From contig CAWDYW010000001.1 in NCBI GenBank assembly GCA_963806855.1, positions 1,248,001 to 1,312,000 of the forward strand: 64,000 nucleotides of DNA, in the 5' to 3' direction. A program made the position numbers and the translations under genes. This stretch comes from an uncultured Verrucomicrobiae bacterium. Lineage in GTDB: Bacteria > Chlamydiota > Chlamydiia > Chlamydiales > Rhabdochlamydiaceae. Positions 20,140 through 30,812 of the stretch are shown here, piece after piece. The first letter of the stretch is position 1. The number at the start of each line of letters is the position of its first letter. The notes under the pieces are model-generated. The model worked only from the letters and a program-made list of their open reading frames with translations, ran no database searches and was not told the origin of the DNA.

Positions 20140-21148
20140 GGGAAGGATACCAGTAATTGATGTCATAACGCCTACAAAATGCCCTTAGATGGGAGATGCT
20201 TGGATCAAAATTTTGAATATAAGAATGGTAATAGGGATCCCAAGTCGGTTTTAAGACAGTTTTCCATATGATCGACCCCAGAACAAATAGACCGACATAG
20301 TGGATCGGCTGCTCAGAAAGACCAAAAGTCGACTGCAGTGCCGTCTTAACCCCAAGAAAGAACGCCCCTCCGATCACAGTTTTAGCTATAACACGATTCA
20401 GGATGGATAGGGTGATAGAGCTGACGGTATTCGTTATAGAGACCGTTAATTCTTTTCGAATTTCGCTCTCGCGCCGGTCGATCACCTCATGGGCCACTTC
20501 GGTCGCTTTGTCGGAGAGTTTCGTTGAAGCAGCGTTGACAACCTCTCGTAGAGTTTTGATGAGATAAAAGAGCCCATCTAGAGAGAAGACATTGAACGCG
20601 ATTTCCAGAACCTTTAGGACCATATTGACAAAGCTTAAGAGGAGATATTTTGACGCGATGATCACTTTGCTCACCACTACCCAAGATTTTCCAAAGAAAT
20701 TGGGCAACTTGCTGATAAAATGATCAAAAGAGGGAGCTGTTGTCTGGTATTTTAAAGTCGCAGGTAGGCTCAAGAGAAAATTGACCTCTTTAATGTAGTT
20801 GTGAAGGTGCTGAGCTGCAGAAGTGAGGCAAGTATCTAAATAATGGGAATAGAGGGGAAGATGTGGCCAGTTTGCAGGAGCAGGCTTTGTCACTGCTTGC
20901 CAGAGGGCAACCCGCTCGACGATTCTGGTAATTTTTAAAATAAAGCCAGTCGAGAATGGGTCGTACCAATTATTTGCCAAACGGGCAGGGACGATTTGCC
21001 CAATGGTGCTGTAGAGCGCTTTGATAGCGGGAATAGCCCGATCTTCGCTGAAGCGATCGCAAAGAACATTGAGACGGTCATTCAACGCCCCAATTCTATT
21101 CTCAGCGCTTTCCCAATAATGTCCTGCTTTATTAGTAATAGCTTGCAT
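20093..21148 (-). CDS. hypothetical membrane protein
   Basis: 351-aa ORF with C-terminal paired hydrophobic segments. Confidence 0.7.
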   Translation of the reverse strand: MQAITNKAGHYWESAENRIGALNDRLNVLCDRFSEDRAIPAIKALYSTIGQIVPARLANNWYDPFSTGFILKITRIVERVALWQAVTKPAPANWPHLPLYSHYLDTCLTSAAQHLHNYIKEVNFLLSLPATLKYQTTAPSFDHFISKLPNFFGKSWVVVSKVIIASKYLLLSFVNMVLKVLEIAFNVFSLDGLFYLIKTLREVVNAASTKLSDKATEVAHEVIDRRESEIRKELTVSITNTVSSITLSILNRVIAKTVIGGAFFLGVKTALQSTFGLSEQPIHYVGLFVLGSIIWKTVLKPTWDPYYHSYIQNFDPSISHLRAFCRRYDINYWYPSLKTIQIYSREAPLSS

Positions 21149-21233
21149 AATTTATATAAATAATTATCCTTACAACTATTATATGCAATTAGTTGCATAA
21201 TTTACAATGCGAATTAAAAATATAAATCAGTTA

Positions 21234-22367
21234 TTAATTATTTGATGGCTTAGAATTAATCGCTTTAATAAATTTTATTAGTTTGCGCAGATTGTTGAAA
21301 TTAATTAGATGACGCAGTTCTTTAAAGGTCGAGGCTTCGGGGTTAAAATTTTCTTTATATTCTTCATGAAGGCCATAAAAGATCGGAGCAACCGATAATA
21401 TCCAATGGGATATCCCGATGACTTTCCGAATTTGTAAGAGCTTTTCTGCATGCTCAAAAGAGGTCACCCCTGGAATAAGATCGGGAGCTCTATAGAGAGC
21501 ATAAGATATTGCTGTTGTGATGGTAAAGGTGACAAAGAAAGAAAAGGCCTTTCTGGCAACCGTTTCAGCTACAATTCCCATCGCTTTTTGTCTTACAGCC
21601 GTTTCGTTTTTCTCGATCACGTGATGGGCATGTTTAATCAGCTTTTCTTTGCTTCGGTTAAAAAGCTCACTCAAATAAGGTTTTACTTGGGCGCAAACCT
21701 CTTCAATCCAAGCAACCGAGGGCTCAAGAAGGGAAACCTTTTTTAAAGACGTTGAGATATAACGGAAAATCCGCTGAATCAAATTAATAAAAGAATCTTT
21801 TATAATGCCGATCGCTTCCTTTGTCCAAACCCAAACCCTTCCGGCTAACGTGGTTGGCTTATTTTCAGCGATTTGAGCTTCTTCCTCGATGATCTGATCC
21901 AATAAAGAGTGGAGCCTTTCTGGAACGCTTAAGATCGTATTAAGGTCTTTTGTGACAATATAGATATGGCGGCACAATGAGATCAAACTCCGATCGACCC
22001 ATCCAAGGACAGGGATCGTTGTCGCAGTGCGTGCTGCCAAGGGCTTGAATAGCGCTTGCAGAGGCCGCCCAACAGCGAGCACCGTTTTCGTATCGACAGG
22101 GTCAAACAGCCATGTCTCCACCCGTTTCGAAAGAGACCTGCTAAAAACCCCGCTGACCGCGATAGCGGCCGATCCGGCGCTAACATAAGCCCCTTTGAGC
22201 GCCTTTGAAGAGACACAGCTATTTAAAAATTGACTACAGCGGCTTGCGATAAAAAATTGGGGATAGAAATAATGATTGACATGCGCCCGTTCTTCGCTGA
22301 CCGTATTGAAATCAAGATATTTTTGATAAAGACTTGAGTAGTAATCTAAGTTATGTGTTTTAGACAT
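21234..22367 (-). CDS. hypothetical membrane protein, likely distant paralog of 20093-21148
   Basis: Shared AHxVIxxxExxxRxx and YxxNFxPxxS motifs. Confidence 0.7.
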   Translation of the reverse strand: MSKTHNLDYYSSLYQKYLDFNTVSEERAHVNHYFYPQFFIASRCSQFLNSCVSSKALKGAYVSAGSAAIAVSGVFSRSLSKRVETWLFDPVDTKTVLAVGRPLQALFKPLAARTATTIPVLGWVDRSLISLCRHIYIVTKDLNTILSVPERLHSLLDQIIEEEAQIAENKPTTLAGRVWVWTKEAIGIIKDSFINLIQRIFRYISTSLKKVSLLEPSVAWIEEVCAQVKPYLSELFNRSKEKLIKHAHHVIEKNETAVRQKAMGIVAETVARKAFSFFVTFTITTAISYALYRAPDLIPGVTSFEHAEKLLQIRKVIGISHWILSVAPIFYGLHEEYKENFNPEASTFKELRHLINFNNLRKLIKFIKAINSKPSNN

Positions 22368-22418
22368 GGTAGTATTTTACAGCATTATTAAATCACTAGC
22401 AATATTTAAAAAAATTAA

Positions 22419-22445
22419 AAGCGCATTTGCGAAGTAAATGCGCTT
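22419..22445 (-). terminator. intrinsic terminator
   Basis: aagcgcatttgc-gaa-gtaaatgcgctt hairpin followed by a T-rich tract on the minus strand, downstream of 22473-23084. Confidence 0.7.
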
Positions 22446-22472
22446 CAAAAATTAGTAATATATAAATTTTAA

Positions 22473-23084
22473 TTATTTCTTATTTAATTCGTTGATTTCT
22501 GTTAAATTGCGCTCGATCTCAGATTTCAATACAAAGAATTCAGAAGCAAATTTAGTTTTTTCGCCCATGTCTTTTGTAGAGATAAATCGTCCTTGCATTT
22601 CCATCATTTCGTTTTGGATACGAGTATTGTTGCCTTGAAGTTCTTTAATTCGTTTTAGGCGCTCTTCGTTTCTCAAGTAAATTTTCAGGATTTCACCAGT
22701 ATTACGGGCGATAATGACTTTTCTATGCTCGATATCAGCTAAAATAACGAGAGGATCTGTGCAATCCACTAATTCTTCTTCTTTAGTCATAATTTCTCGT
22801 TGTAAATGGTCGTTTTCTTCTTGAAGTTCGCGAACGCGTTGAACGCTGCTGCCTTGAAGATTAAGTCTGTCATGACCAGTATAAAACTGAGCTCTTTCAA
22901 TTGATGAAATTGATTGGGCAACGTCAACATGATTTGTTTTAGAATTTGCAAGAAGAGCTTCCATTTCGTGTGCAATTTCTTCTTGTTTTAAAGAATTCAC
23001 AACGGGAGCCTTTACTTGCACTTTCTGTGCTGGTTTATTATGGCTTTTATCACCATGTGAATTTTGAATTATACGTGCAGGCAT
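22473..23084 (-). CDS. hypothetical coiled-coil protein
   Basis: 203-aa E/K/Q-rich ORF with GGAGG SD; internal repeat RxxELQxxNxxxQxExM. Confidence 0.7.
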   Translation of the reverse strand: MPARIIQNSHGDKSHNKPAQKVQVKAPVVNSLKQEEIAHEMEALLANSKTNHVDVAQSISSIERAQFYTGHDRLNLQGSSVQRVRELQEENDHLQREIMTKEEELVDCTDPLVILADIEHRKVIIARNTGEILKIYLRNEERLKRIKELQGNNTRIQNEMMEMQGRFISTKDMGEKTKFASEFFVLKSEIERNLTEINELNKK

Positions 23085-23368
23085 TTTATATTTCCTCCAT
23101 TAAAAAATATTGATGGTTCCATCAAGGGTAAGATTTAGTATCTCTTACTTACTTTCCCTATTAATTTCATTGTATTGACTGCTCTATAGTTTGTCAAATT
23201 TATTTGTAATAAAGTGACCTTCTTTAATTATTAGTTATTTATAAACTACAATAATGTAATTATCAGACCTGCGCCTGGATTGGGCAATGGTAGAAATAAT
23301 GGCAGTCAAAAACTCCCTATTTCGCTATACTTCACATTGATACCCGAAATTAGATAGAGGCCCTATTT

Positions 23369-24784
23369 GTGAAGAATTTTAAACGCGCGCTCTTAAATAT
23401 AGTATTGATTCTCTCCCTGGGAGGTTCGCTGCATGCGACTGCTCCTAAGGAAGAAGATGTTCAGACAGTCGCGATTTTAGGCAGTGGAGTGGGGGCTCTT
23501 ACTTCAGCTATCTATCTACAGAGAGCTGGAGTCAACACCTTAATCATTGAGGGAAGAAACCCGGGTGGCGCCATCGCCCAATCCCCTCTCGTCCACAACT
23601 GGCCTGGCGAGATCGCAATCGATGGACAAACTCTCGTCGATAAAATCCGCAAGCAGGCTCTTCATAATGGAGCGAAAATTGTTCACGAAGAGGTCATCAG
23701 CGTCGATTTTACCAAGCACCCTCTAACGATCACGACCCGAGATGTCTTTGACAAAGAAAAGGTACGCACATTTAAAACCAAGGCTTGCATCATTGCGACC
23801 GGTTCCAATCCCAAACTCCTCGGAGTCCCTGGTGAATCAGGCGAAAATGGATATTGGACAAGAGGTGTCTATAGCTGTGCGGTCTGCGATGGGGCCCTTT
23901 ACAAAGACAAAGTTGTGGCCGTTATCGGAGGCGGCGATTCGGCGATTACAGAAGCCAACTACCTCTCCAACATCGCCAAAAAAGTCTACGTCGTCCTTCG
24001 GTCTGATAAATTTAGAACCGTCGAGACAAGGCGGAAAGAAGAGCTAGCCAAAAAACCGAACGTCGAGATCCTCTACAATACTAAAATCGATGAGATTCAA
24101 GGGGATGGCACTAAAGTGACCCATCTGAACCTCTCTACATCGAAAAGACTTCCGATCGATGGCATTTTTGTCGCGATTGGAGCGACCCCGAATTCATCGA
24201 TCTTCCAAGGACAACTAGAGCTCGAAGAGCAGACCGGTTATATCGCGACAAAAATTGGACAGCGAACATCGGTCCCCGGAGTCTACGCAATCGGAGATGT
24301 TGTCGATAAATTCTATAAACAGGCGATTTCGGCAGCAGGCCGTGGTGCCGAAGCTGCTTTGGAAGTAGAAGCCTATCTATCGAGCTTGCCTAACCACTCC
24401 CCTTCTCATGTTGGCCCGGTAAAAAGTGAATCGGTCCTCAAAGTGAATAACCCTGTTGCTGAGGGGCTCGAAGAGATCACGACTAAAGAGTCCTTCTACG
24501 ATGCAATCAGCAACGGAGAGACTCCCGTCGTGATCGATTTCTATTCTCCCTATTGCGTCCCCTGCCGTCAGTTGCTCCCCCTTTTAGAGGAATCTGCGCA
24601 GAAGTATCAGGGAAAAATCCGATTCTATAAAATCAACGTCACCGATTTTGCAGATTTGGCAATTAGCTATAACATCTCTAGCGTTCCAACTGTTTTGGTT
24701 TTCGATGGCAAAGGCAAAATCATCGAACAAGCCACCGGGATTGAAGACATCAACAAAGTCGTGAAGAAACTCGAGTCTCTCTGA
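23369..24784 (+). CDS. thioredoxin reductase-thioredoxin fusion with N-terminal signal peptide
   Basis: GSGVGA, CAVCDG, GGGDSA and TSVPGVYAIGD motifs; C-terminal Trx domain DFYSPYCVPC...SVPT. Confidence 0.9.
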   Translation: MKNFKRALLNIVLILSLGGSLHATAPKEEDVQTVAILGSGVGALTSAIYLQRAGVNTLIIEGRNPGGAIAQSPLVHNWPGEIAIDGQTLVDKIRKQALHNGAKIVHEEVISVDFTKHPLTITTRDVFDKEKVRTFKTKACIIATGSNPKLLGVPGESGENGYWTRGVYSCAVCDGALYKDKVVAVIGGGDSAITEANYLSNIAKKVYVVLRSDKFRTVETRRKEELAKKPNVEILYNTKIDEIQGDGTKVTHLNLSTSKRLPIDGIFVAIGATPNSSIFQGQLELEEQTGYIATKIGQRTSVPGVYAIGDVVDKFYKQAISAAGRGAEAALEVEAYLSSLPNHSPSHVGPVKSESVLKVNNPVAEGLEEITTKESFYDAISNGETPVVIDFYSPYCVPCRQLLPLLEESAQKYQGKIRFYKINVTDFADLAISYNISSVPTVLVFDGKGKIIEQATGIEDINKVVKKLESL

Positions 24785-24970
24785 GTTTCTTAGTATACCC
24801 CCCCCTCGGTTAAAAACTTTGAGGAGCCTCCTTGTCAAATTTCCGCTTCTTCAAGTTGTTTCGGTCTAGTACGACACTCGATCTAAAAAATTTTTGTTTT
24901 CAAAATTTTACCTTTCATGTTACGCTTTCCTAAGATTTTCACTACAAACCTGTAACAAGGAGAAAAAGAG

Positions 24971-25948
24971 ATGAAAATGAATAAAACCAGTACCTTGATC
25001 GCAAGCGTGGTCTTACTATTTGGAGTAGCTCATGCTGATGAAACGTATCAAGAATGGCAAGATTCCGAGCAGCTCGTTGTAGCCTCAGAAGAGACAGCCG
25101 TTGTTGATGAGGATTGTGAAGAATATGCGGAAGTTTGTGAAGAATTAGCTGAAAATAGCGAAGATTTCGCTGAAGATGAAATAGCCGCTCAAGAGCAAGA
25201 AGAGGCACTTGAAGAAGCTGTTTTTGTAGAAGAAGAGCATGTCATCGTCGACTCTCGCCCTCTTCTACCCCAAACATATCTTCAAATGGAACAAGCTCGT
25301 CACGCTGAATTAGAGCAAGCTAATGAGCTTACTGAAGAAGAAGCCATCCAACTCGGGGTGCTCATCATCCCAATCAAATCTCAAAATTTAATCGCCTTAG
25401 CGTCAAATCAAATCCAAACCACAGCATCTACCTTATCCCCCTGCCACTATCATATGATATCCACTTTTTCCAAAGGGAACGTCATCAAAATTGAGGACGG
25501 TTCCGAGTGGATTTCTGATAAAGCAGATGCTCACATTCTTCGTAACTGGAAAGCTGGACAACAAATTATCATCACCCCAAATCAACAACTGCTCCTTGGC
25601 TCACACTATACTTATATCATGACCAATACCGTAGTAGGCGACTCTGTAAAGGTCAACTTATTCCTCGGACCTGCAGCATTTGGTCACCAGAGTGCATGGG
25701 TCGTTGGAATTGATCAAAACCTTGGTAAAGTCTATATCATCAACGGCCGAGGTGACAGGACGGTTTGGGAAGTTTCTAATTCCGATATGTACCTGGTGAA
25801 AGACTGGAAAGTGAATGATACTATCATCATTGGTGAAAATGATAGCTGGCTTTGGTACTTTTCTTCTTACAAAAGCATGCTAGTCAACGTCAATATGAAC
25901 CATTATATTCGTGCACAACAAATCCTCCAATCTACTCAAAAATGGTAG
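24971..25948 (+). CDS. hypothetical exported protein (acidic N-region, duplicated beta-rich domain)
   Basis: Signal peptide ending VAHA; two W...W...IIIxxN repeats. Confidence 0.75.
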   Translation: MKMNKTSTLIASVVLLFGVAHADETYQEWQDSEQLVVASEETAVVDEDCEEYAEVCEELAENSEDFAEDEIAAQEQEEALEEAVFVEEEHVIVDSRPLLPQTYLQMEQARHAELEQANELTEEEAIQLGVLIIPIKSQNLIALASNQIQTTASTLSPCHYHMISTFSKGNVIKIEDGSEWISDKADAHILRNWKAGQQIIITPNQQLLLGSHYTYIMTNTVVGDSVKVNLFLGPAAFGHQSAWVVGIDQNLGKVYIINGRGDRTVWEVSNSDMYLVKDWKVNDTIIIGENDSWLWYFSSYKSMLVNVNMNHYIRAQQILQSTQKW

Positions 25949-25955
25949 GTTTAAG

Positions 25956-26270
25956 ATGAATCTAGATTTGCAGATAGAGGGCAGATACTCACAAAGAACT
26001 GAAGATCTTCAGCATTTGAAGCAAAGTTTTAGCGGATATGAAATGCCAGTCAATGCACCAAGTGAACATGCTGTTTCGATTCTGAGGGGACTTTCTCTTA
26101 TTTTGGGGATGGTCTTTTCGTTGGCAACCATCATTCTGATGAAACCTGCCATGGCATTTATTTATGTCACCTTGATCCTAGGTGCCAGTGGAACAATTGC
26201 GATCGGATCAGAAAAAATCATCACGATTCTTCCTGAACGACTCTGGTCGTCAAAGCATCTAAAGAGATAA
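25956..26270 (+). CDS. hypothetical protein with paired hydrophobic segments
   Basis: ~104-aa ORF with a bilobed hydrophobic stretch. Confidence 0.6.
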   Translation: MNLDLQIEGRYSQRTEDLQHLKQSFSGYEMPVNAPSEHAVSILRGLSLILGMVFSLATIILMKPAMAFIYVTLILGASGTIAIGSEKIITILPERLWSSKHLKR

Positions 26271-26302
26271 AATATGTGCCTGTGTATGACACGGGCACCT
26301 AT

Positions 26303-27544
26303 TTATGTAGCATAGAAGAGGAAAGGAATCTCCATCTCCCCTCTCGTCAGCCCGCCATGGGCGCCATAGAAATTCTGTTGAAAGCGGTCTCGCTCAAACC
26401 ACCAAACTGCTTCCCCTCTGTAAGGCAGGATGACAAGATTGCCTACCCGACTTCGGAAATTCTCACTTGGAGGGCTAGGGCCGAAGATGCCTGCCTCAAG
26501 CAATTCTTCTGTTTCATAGATTTCGGCCTTTTCTTTCAAAAACAGCCCTAAGACCTCTTTTAATTCAGGAAGGGTTTCTGGATGGGCGTGTAGAAAGAAG
26601 TCTCGGCAGGAACCGGCTGGAGCCAGAGGCTTATCGCGCCGGCCAAATTGGAGATATTTTGCGATATTGGGGATCTTTTTATTCAGATAATAGGTCTGCT
26701 CAGGACTCACTTCGACCATTCCATGGTCAGCTGTAATCAGAAGGGCTGTTTTGGGTGGCAGTTGGCTGATAAAAGCCTCGATTTCAGTCCAGATCTTTTC
26801 AATGATTTTGCCGAATTCTGCCGAATGGATCCCCTTTCTGTGGCCGGTGGCATCGATATCCCCATAATAAAAGAAGCTATAGGTCTTTTCCTTTTGTAGA
26901 GTGGAGAGGAGCGTTTCGAATGCTTGACCCGTTTTTTTATAGCCATACACAGTTGCCCCATCGAGGACCGATTGCGAATAGGGAGAGGATGCCACCGCAG
27001 TGGATTGAAATGCGCTACACTGAATTCCTCGCTCCGAGAGGCTATGATAGATTGTTTCTCTTGGAAAGAGCTCTTTGGGATTGAGATGCAATGTGGCTGT
27101 ACTGCGATCTCCGGCGTAAGAGAACGGCAGTGGCGCGATGATATCATTTAGCTTGGGCTCATAGATAAACCACTCGTAGATTCCGGTTTGACTCGGGATT
27201 AATCCTGTATTGATACAGGTGACATGGGCAGCCGTTGTCGAGGGGAACATGCTGGTGATTTTCGACGCAATCCCCTGGTTTTCGAGTTTCTGGAGGATTG
27301 GAATTCTACTTTTGAACTCTTCAAAAAAAGCCCATCCAAAAGCATCTAAAAACAAAAGAATCACATGGTCATAGGGGCCAGCAATTGTGGTATCCTCTGG
27401 CAATCCCCCCCCTAATTCCGGAAAAAAGAGCTTTTTGATTGTTGCAGGAATTTTTGAAAAGCAGTAGGAAGAGTAAAGGGGCCGGCAGAACTGCTTTGAA
27501 AAGGTTGAGCTGCTCACTGCGAGGAGCGATTTTTCATTTATCAT
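26303..27544 (-). CDS. alkaline phosphatase superfamily / nucleotide pyrophosphatase-phosphodiesterase
   Basis: FLDAFGW, FPSTT, DATGH, TADHG and AHGG motifs. Confidence 0.9.
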   Translation of the reverse strand: MINEKSLLAVSSSTFSKQFCRPLYSSYCFSKIPATIKKLFFPELGGGLPEDTTIAGPYDHVILLFLDAFGWAFFEEFKSRIPILQKLENQGIASKITSMFPSTTAAHVTCINTGLIPSQTGIYEWFIYEPKLNDIIAPLPFSYAGDRSTATLHLNPKELFPRETIYHSLSERGIQCSAFQSTAVASSPYSQSVLDGATVYGYKKTGQAFETLLSTLQKEKTYSFFYYGDIDATGHRKGIHSAEFGKIIEKIWTEIEAFISQLPPKTALLITADHGMVEVSPEQTYYLNKKIPNIAKYLQFGRRDKPLAPAGSCRDFFLHAHPETLPELKEVLGLFLKEKAEIYETEELLEAGIFGPSPPSENFRSRVGNLVILPYRGEAVWWFERDRFQQNFYGAHGGLTRGEMEIPFLFYAT

Positions 27545-27575
27545 TTAATACAGGTCCGGTTAAACTTATTTCGTT

Positions 27576-28976
27576 ATGAACAAAATTGTTAAGATCCATA
27601 AGGTTTTATCTGTTTTCACTCTTGCGATGATCAACGTGGCAGCGATCGGCAGTGTGAAAAATTGGCCTTTTATATCCGAATATGGGCTTGCTTCGCTGTT
27701 CTTCCTTATTCTAGCCGCTCTAATCTTTTTTTTCCCGGTCTCCCTCGTTTCGGCTGAGCTTGCCACAGGTTGGCCCCACAAAGGCGGTGTCTATCTTTGG
27801 GTCAAGGAGGCCTTTGGTCCCAATTGGGGATTTTTGGCAATCTGGCTGCAATGGATTGAAAATGTCGCCTGGTATCCGACGGTTCTCTCTTTTGCTGCGG
27901 CGACGATTGCCTATATCTTCGATCCTGCCCTTGCCAATAGCACGATTTTTACAATTTGTGTCGTTCTGGTGCTATTTTGGGGGGCGACGATCGCTAATTA
28001 CTATGGAATGAAAGCATCAGGCTGGATCAGCAATGTCGGAGCGCTATGCGGTTCTTTTATCCCTGGAGCGATCATCATTGCCTTAGGGATTTTCTGGGTA
28101 GTCGAAGGCTCCCCTCTTGAGATCTCCTTTACAGCTGAGGCGCTCATTCCCAATTTTAGCCTAGACAACATGGTCATTTTTTGTGGGATCATGCTCGCTT
28201 TCTGTGGAATGGAAATGTCCTCTGTTCATGCCCTCGATGTCAACAACCCCAAAAGAGATTATCCCAAAGCGATCCTCCTATCAGCTGCCCTGATCCTCGG
28301 CCTCTCCATTTTAGGGGTGCTTTCGATTGCGATCGTGGTCCCTCAGAAGCAGATTAGCCTAACCGCCGGAACCATGCAGGCCTTTACGGTTTTCTTGAGC
28401 CGCTACAATCTTAAATGGTTCATTCCGGTGATCGCCGCTCTGATGGCTGTCGGATTATTTGGCTCTGTTGGCACCTGGATCATCGGCCCGGTCAAAGGAT
28501 TGCACGCTGCGGGGCAAGAGGGACACCTCCCTCCGGTTTTCCACAAAGTCAATAAACACCAGGTGCCGGTTCCCCTACTGGTATTCCAAGGGATCCTCGC
28601 CACCGTCTTGACTCTGATGTTCCTCTTGATGCCTTCAGTTAGCTCAGCATTCTGGATCCTAACCGTTTTGGTTGCCCAGCTCTATCTGCTGATGTATGTG
28701 CTGGTGTTTGCCGCCGCCATACGGTTACGCTATACCCATCCCAAAATCGAGCGCCCCTATCGGGTCCCAGGGGGGAAATTTGGGATTTGGCTGATTTGCG
28801 GGATTGGGATTATCGGGGCAGTGCTTGCCCTGTTAATTGGCTACTTGCCCCCAGCTCAATTCAAAGTGGGCAACAGCTTCTTCTATTCGGGCTTTTTGGT
28901 CGCCGCGACGGTCATTAGCTGCATCTTCCCCTTCATTCTTTTCTTTTTCAAAAAACCCAGCTGGGTAAAAAAATAA
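27576..28976 (+). CDS. APC family amino acid permease (GadC-like)
   Basis: About 12 TM segments; SAELATGWP, GGVYLWV and RPYRVPGG motifs. Confidence 0.9.
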   Translation: MNKIVKIHKVLSVFTLAMINVAAIGSVKNWPFISEYGLASLFFLILAALIFFFPVSLVSAELATGWPHKGGVYLWVKEAFGPNWGFLAIWLQWIENVAWYPTVLSFAAATIAYIFDPALANSTIFTICVVLVLFWGATIANYYGMKASGWISNVGALCGSFIPGAIIIALGIFWVVEGSPLEISFTAEALIPNFSLDNMVIFCGIMLAFCGMEMSSVHALDVNNPKRDYPKAILLSAALILGLSILGVLSIAIVVPQKQISLTAGTMQAFTVFLSRYNLKWFIPVIAALMAVGLFGSVGTWIIGPVKGLHAAGQEGHLPPVFHKVNKHQVPVPLLVFQGILATVLTLMFLLMPSVSSAFWILTVLVAQLYLLMYVLVFAAAIRLRYTHPKIERPYRVPGGKFGIWLICGIGIIGAVLALLIGYLPPAQFKVGNSFFYSGFLVAATVISCIFPFILFFFKKPSWVKK

Positions 28977-28993
28977 GATATAGAGGTACCTCT

Positions 28994-29977
28994 TTAGAGG
29001 AGCCACCAGGTGGAAAGGCCCAAGTAGATCGCTGTCGTGATGACGTCGGCGAGCATGAGGACGACGGGGCCGGCTGCGACTTTTGGGTCGAGTTTACGGG
29101 CATGGAGGATGAGTGGCGTCGCTGCCCCAATCGCACCCGAAATGGTGACCGAAATGATGATTCCGGCGGCAATTGAAATGGGCGGCCGCCATCCCTCGCC
29201 CCAAAGAAGTGAAAGTCCCCCTACAATCAATCCCGACGTGAGAGCCAGGAATGAGACCATCTTAGTTTCATTGAAGATCTGATATAGAATTCGCTTAAAA
29301 GAGATTTTCGGGCGGTGAATGAGCTGCAGGCTGTAGCTCATCGATTGCATTGAGATCGATTCGCTTAAGGTGAGGACCAGAGGAATAAACATCGCCAAAA
29401 GGATCACCTCTAAAAGAACCATTTCATAGATGCGCGAAATGATTGCGCAGGCAATTCCCCCGATCATATTGCAAAAAATCCAGGGCATGCGGGTCCGATA
29501 AATGATCCAATTCGAACGGGGTTTCGATTCTTCGAGATGGAGGCCGAGCACCTGAAAGAGGTCGGCCGAGTTTGCTTTGGCCTTGTTGATATCGACGGCT
29601 TCTCCGAGATAGAGCTGAATATCAATCACCCCTAAGAAGCGGTTGTTTTTATCGACAACCGGGACAGCAAGCAGTCGATGCCGTGTCAAAATTTCTTTCG
29701 CCTGCTCCAGGGAATGGTCGGAAGAGATCGAAATGATCCGATCCTCCAATATCGTATGGATTTTAGAGTCGGCTGGGCTGAGGAGGAGGTTGCGGGTAGA
29801 GACCACCCCCTTGAGGCGAGCCTCGTTATCGACCACATAGAGATAAAAGATCTGGTCGTCGATGTGCTGTTTCCGAATATGGGAAAGGGCATCGTCGACG
29901 GTATGATCGACAGATATGGTCGTTTTTACCGGCGATATAAAATCACTTACTTTTTGCTGGAGATTGGTCAGGGTCAT
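28994..29977 (-). CDS. mgtE: magnesium transporter MgtE (CBS pair plus membrane domain)
   Basis: YLYVVD and AVPVVD CBS motifs; R.PW, FIP and LDPKVAAGP...D motifs. Confidence 0.88.
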   Translation of the reverse strand: MTLTNLQQKVSDFISPVKTTISVDHTVDDALSHIRKQHIDDQIFYLYVVDNEARLKGVVSTRNLLLSPADSKIHTILEDRIISISSDHSLEQAKEILTRHRLLAVPVVDKNNRFLGVIDIQLYLGEAVDINKAKANSADLFQVLGLHLEESKPRSNWIIYRTRMPWIFCNMIGGIACAIISRIYEMVLLEVILLAMFIPLVLTLSESISMQSMSYSLQLIHRPKISFKRILYQIFNETKMVSFLALTSGLIVGGLSLLWGEGWRPPISIAAGIIISVTISGAIGAATPLILHARKLDPKVAAGPVVLMLADVITTAIYLGLSTWWLL

Positions 29978-30024
29978 TAGCGGTTTGTTTGCTCTTTTTT
30001 TATTTTTCTTATATTCTATAGAGC

Positions 30025-30786
30025 ATGTCAAAACAACAAAAAACTTCATGGGAGTCTTCGGCCAAATGGTATGATGAGGCGGTCGGGGAAAAGGGGCACT
30101 ACTACCACGAGCATGTCATATTGCCCAACCTGCTTAAAAGCATGGAGTTAGCGAAGTCAGAGGCTCCCAAGGTCCTCGATATCGCCTGTGGTCAAGGGAT
30201 TTTGGCTCGCCAGATTCCAAAAGGGGTCCCCTATTTAGGAATCGATATCTCCCCCACCCTGATCCAATCGGCCAAAGAGAGGGCTGACAAAAAGCATCAC
30301 CGTTTCCAAGTTCAGGATGCGACCAAGCAAATGGCTCTGCCCGAGAGGGACTTCACCCATGCGATGATCATTTTGGCCCTTCAAAATATTGCTGACCCAC
30401 TCCAAGTGCTAAAAAATATTGAGAAGCATCTAGCCCCGGGGGGGAAGCTTTTCATCGTCCTCAACCACCCCTGTTTTCGTATCCCTAGGCAAACGAGTTG
30501 GGGGGTCGACGAGGCCAAAAAATTACAATACCGACGGGTCGATTGCTACCTCTCCCCGCTTCAGATCCCGATCCAGACCCATCCCGGCAAAAAGGAGGAG
30601 GTTCAAACCCTCTCATTCCACTACCCCCTTTCGAGCTATACCAAATGGCTTAAAGAGGCCGGTTTTGTGATCGTTGAGATCGAGGAATGGGTATCGGATA
30701 AAATGAGCACTGGGACGAAGGCCCGGATGGAAAACCGGGCTCGGGCAGAATTTCCGTTGTTTTTAGCGTTGGTTTGCCAAAAATAA
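30025..30786 (+). CDS. class I SAM-dependent methyltransferase
   Basis: VLDIACGQG, GIDIS and NHPCF motifs. Confidence 0.85.
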   Translation: MSKQQKTSWESSAKWYDEAVGEKGHYYHEHVILPNLLKSMELAKSEAPKVLDIACGQGILARQIPKGVPYLGIDISPTLIQSAKERADKKHHRFQVQDATKQMALPERDFTHAMIILALQNIADPLQVLKNIEKHLAPGGKLFIVLNHPCFRIPRQTSWGVDEAKKLQYRRVDCYLSPLQIPIQTHPGKKEEVQTLSFHYPLSSYTKWLKEAGFVIVEIEEWVSDKMSTGTKARMENRARAEFPLFLALVCQK

Positions 30787-30812
30787 AAATCAACTATGGT
30801 ATAGTACTGCAC

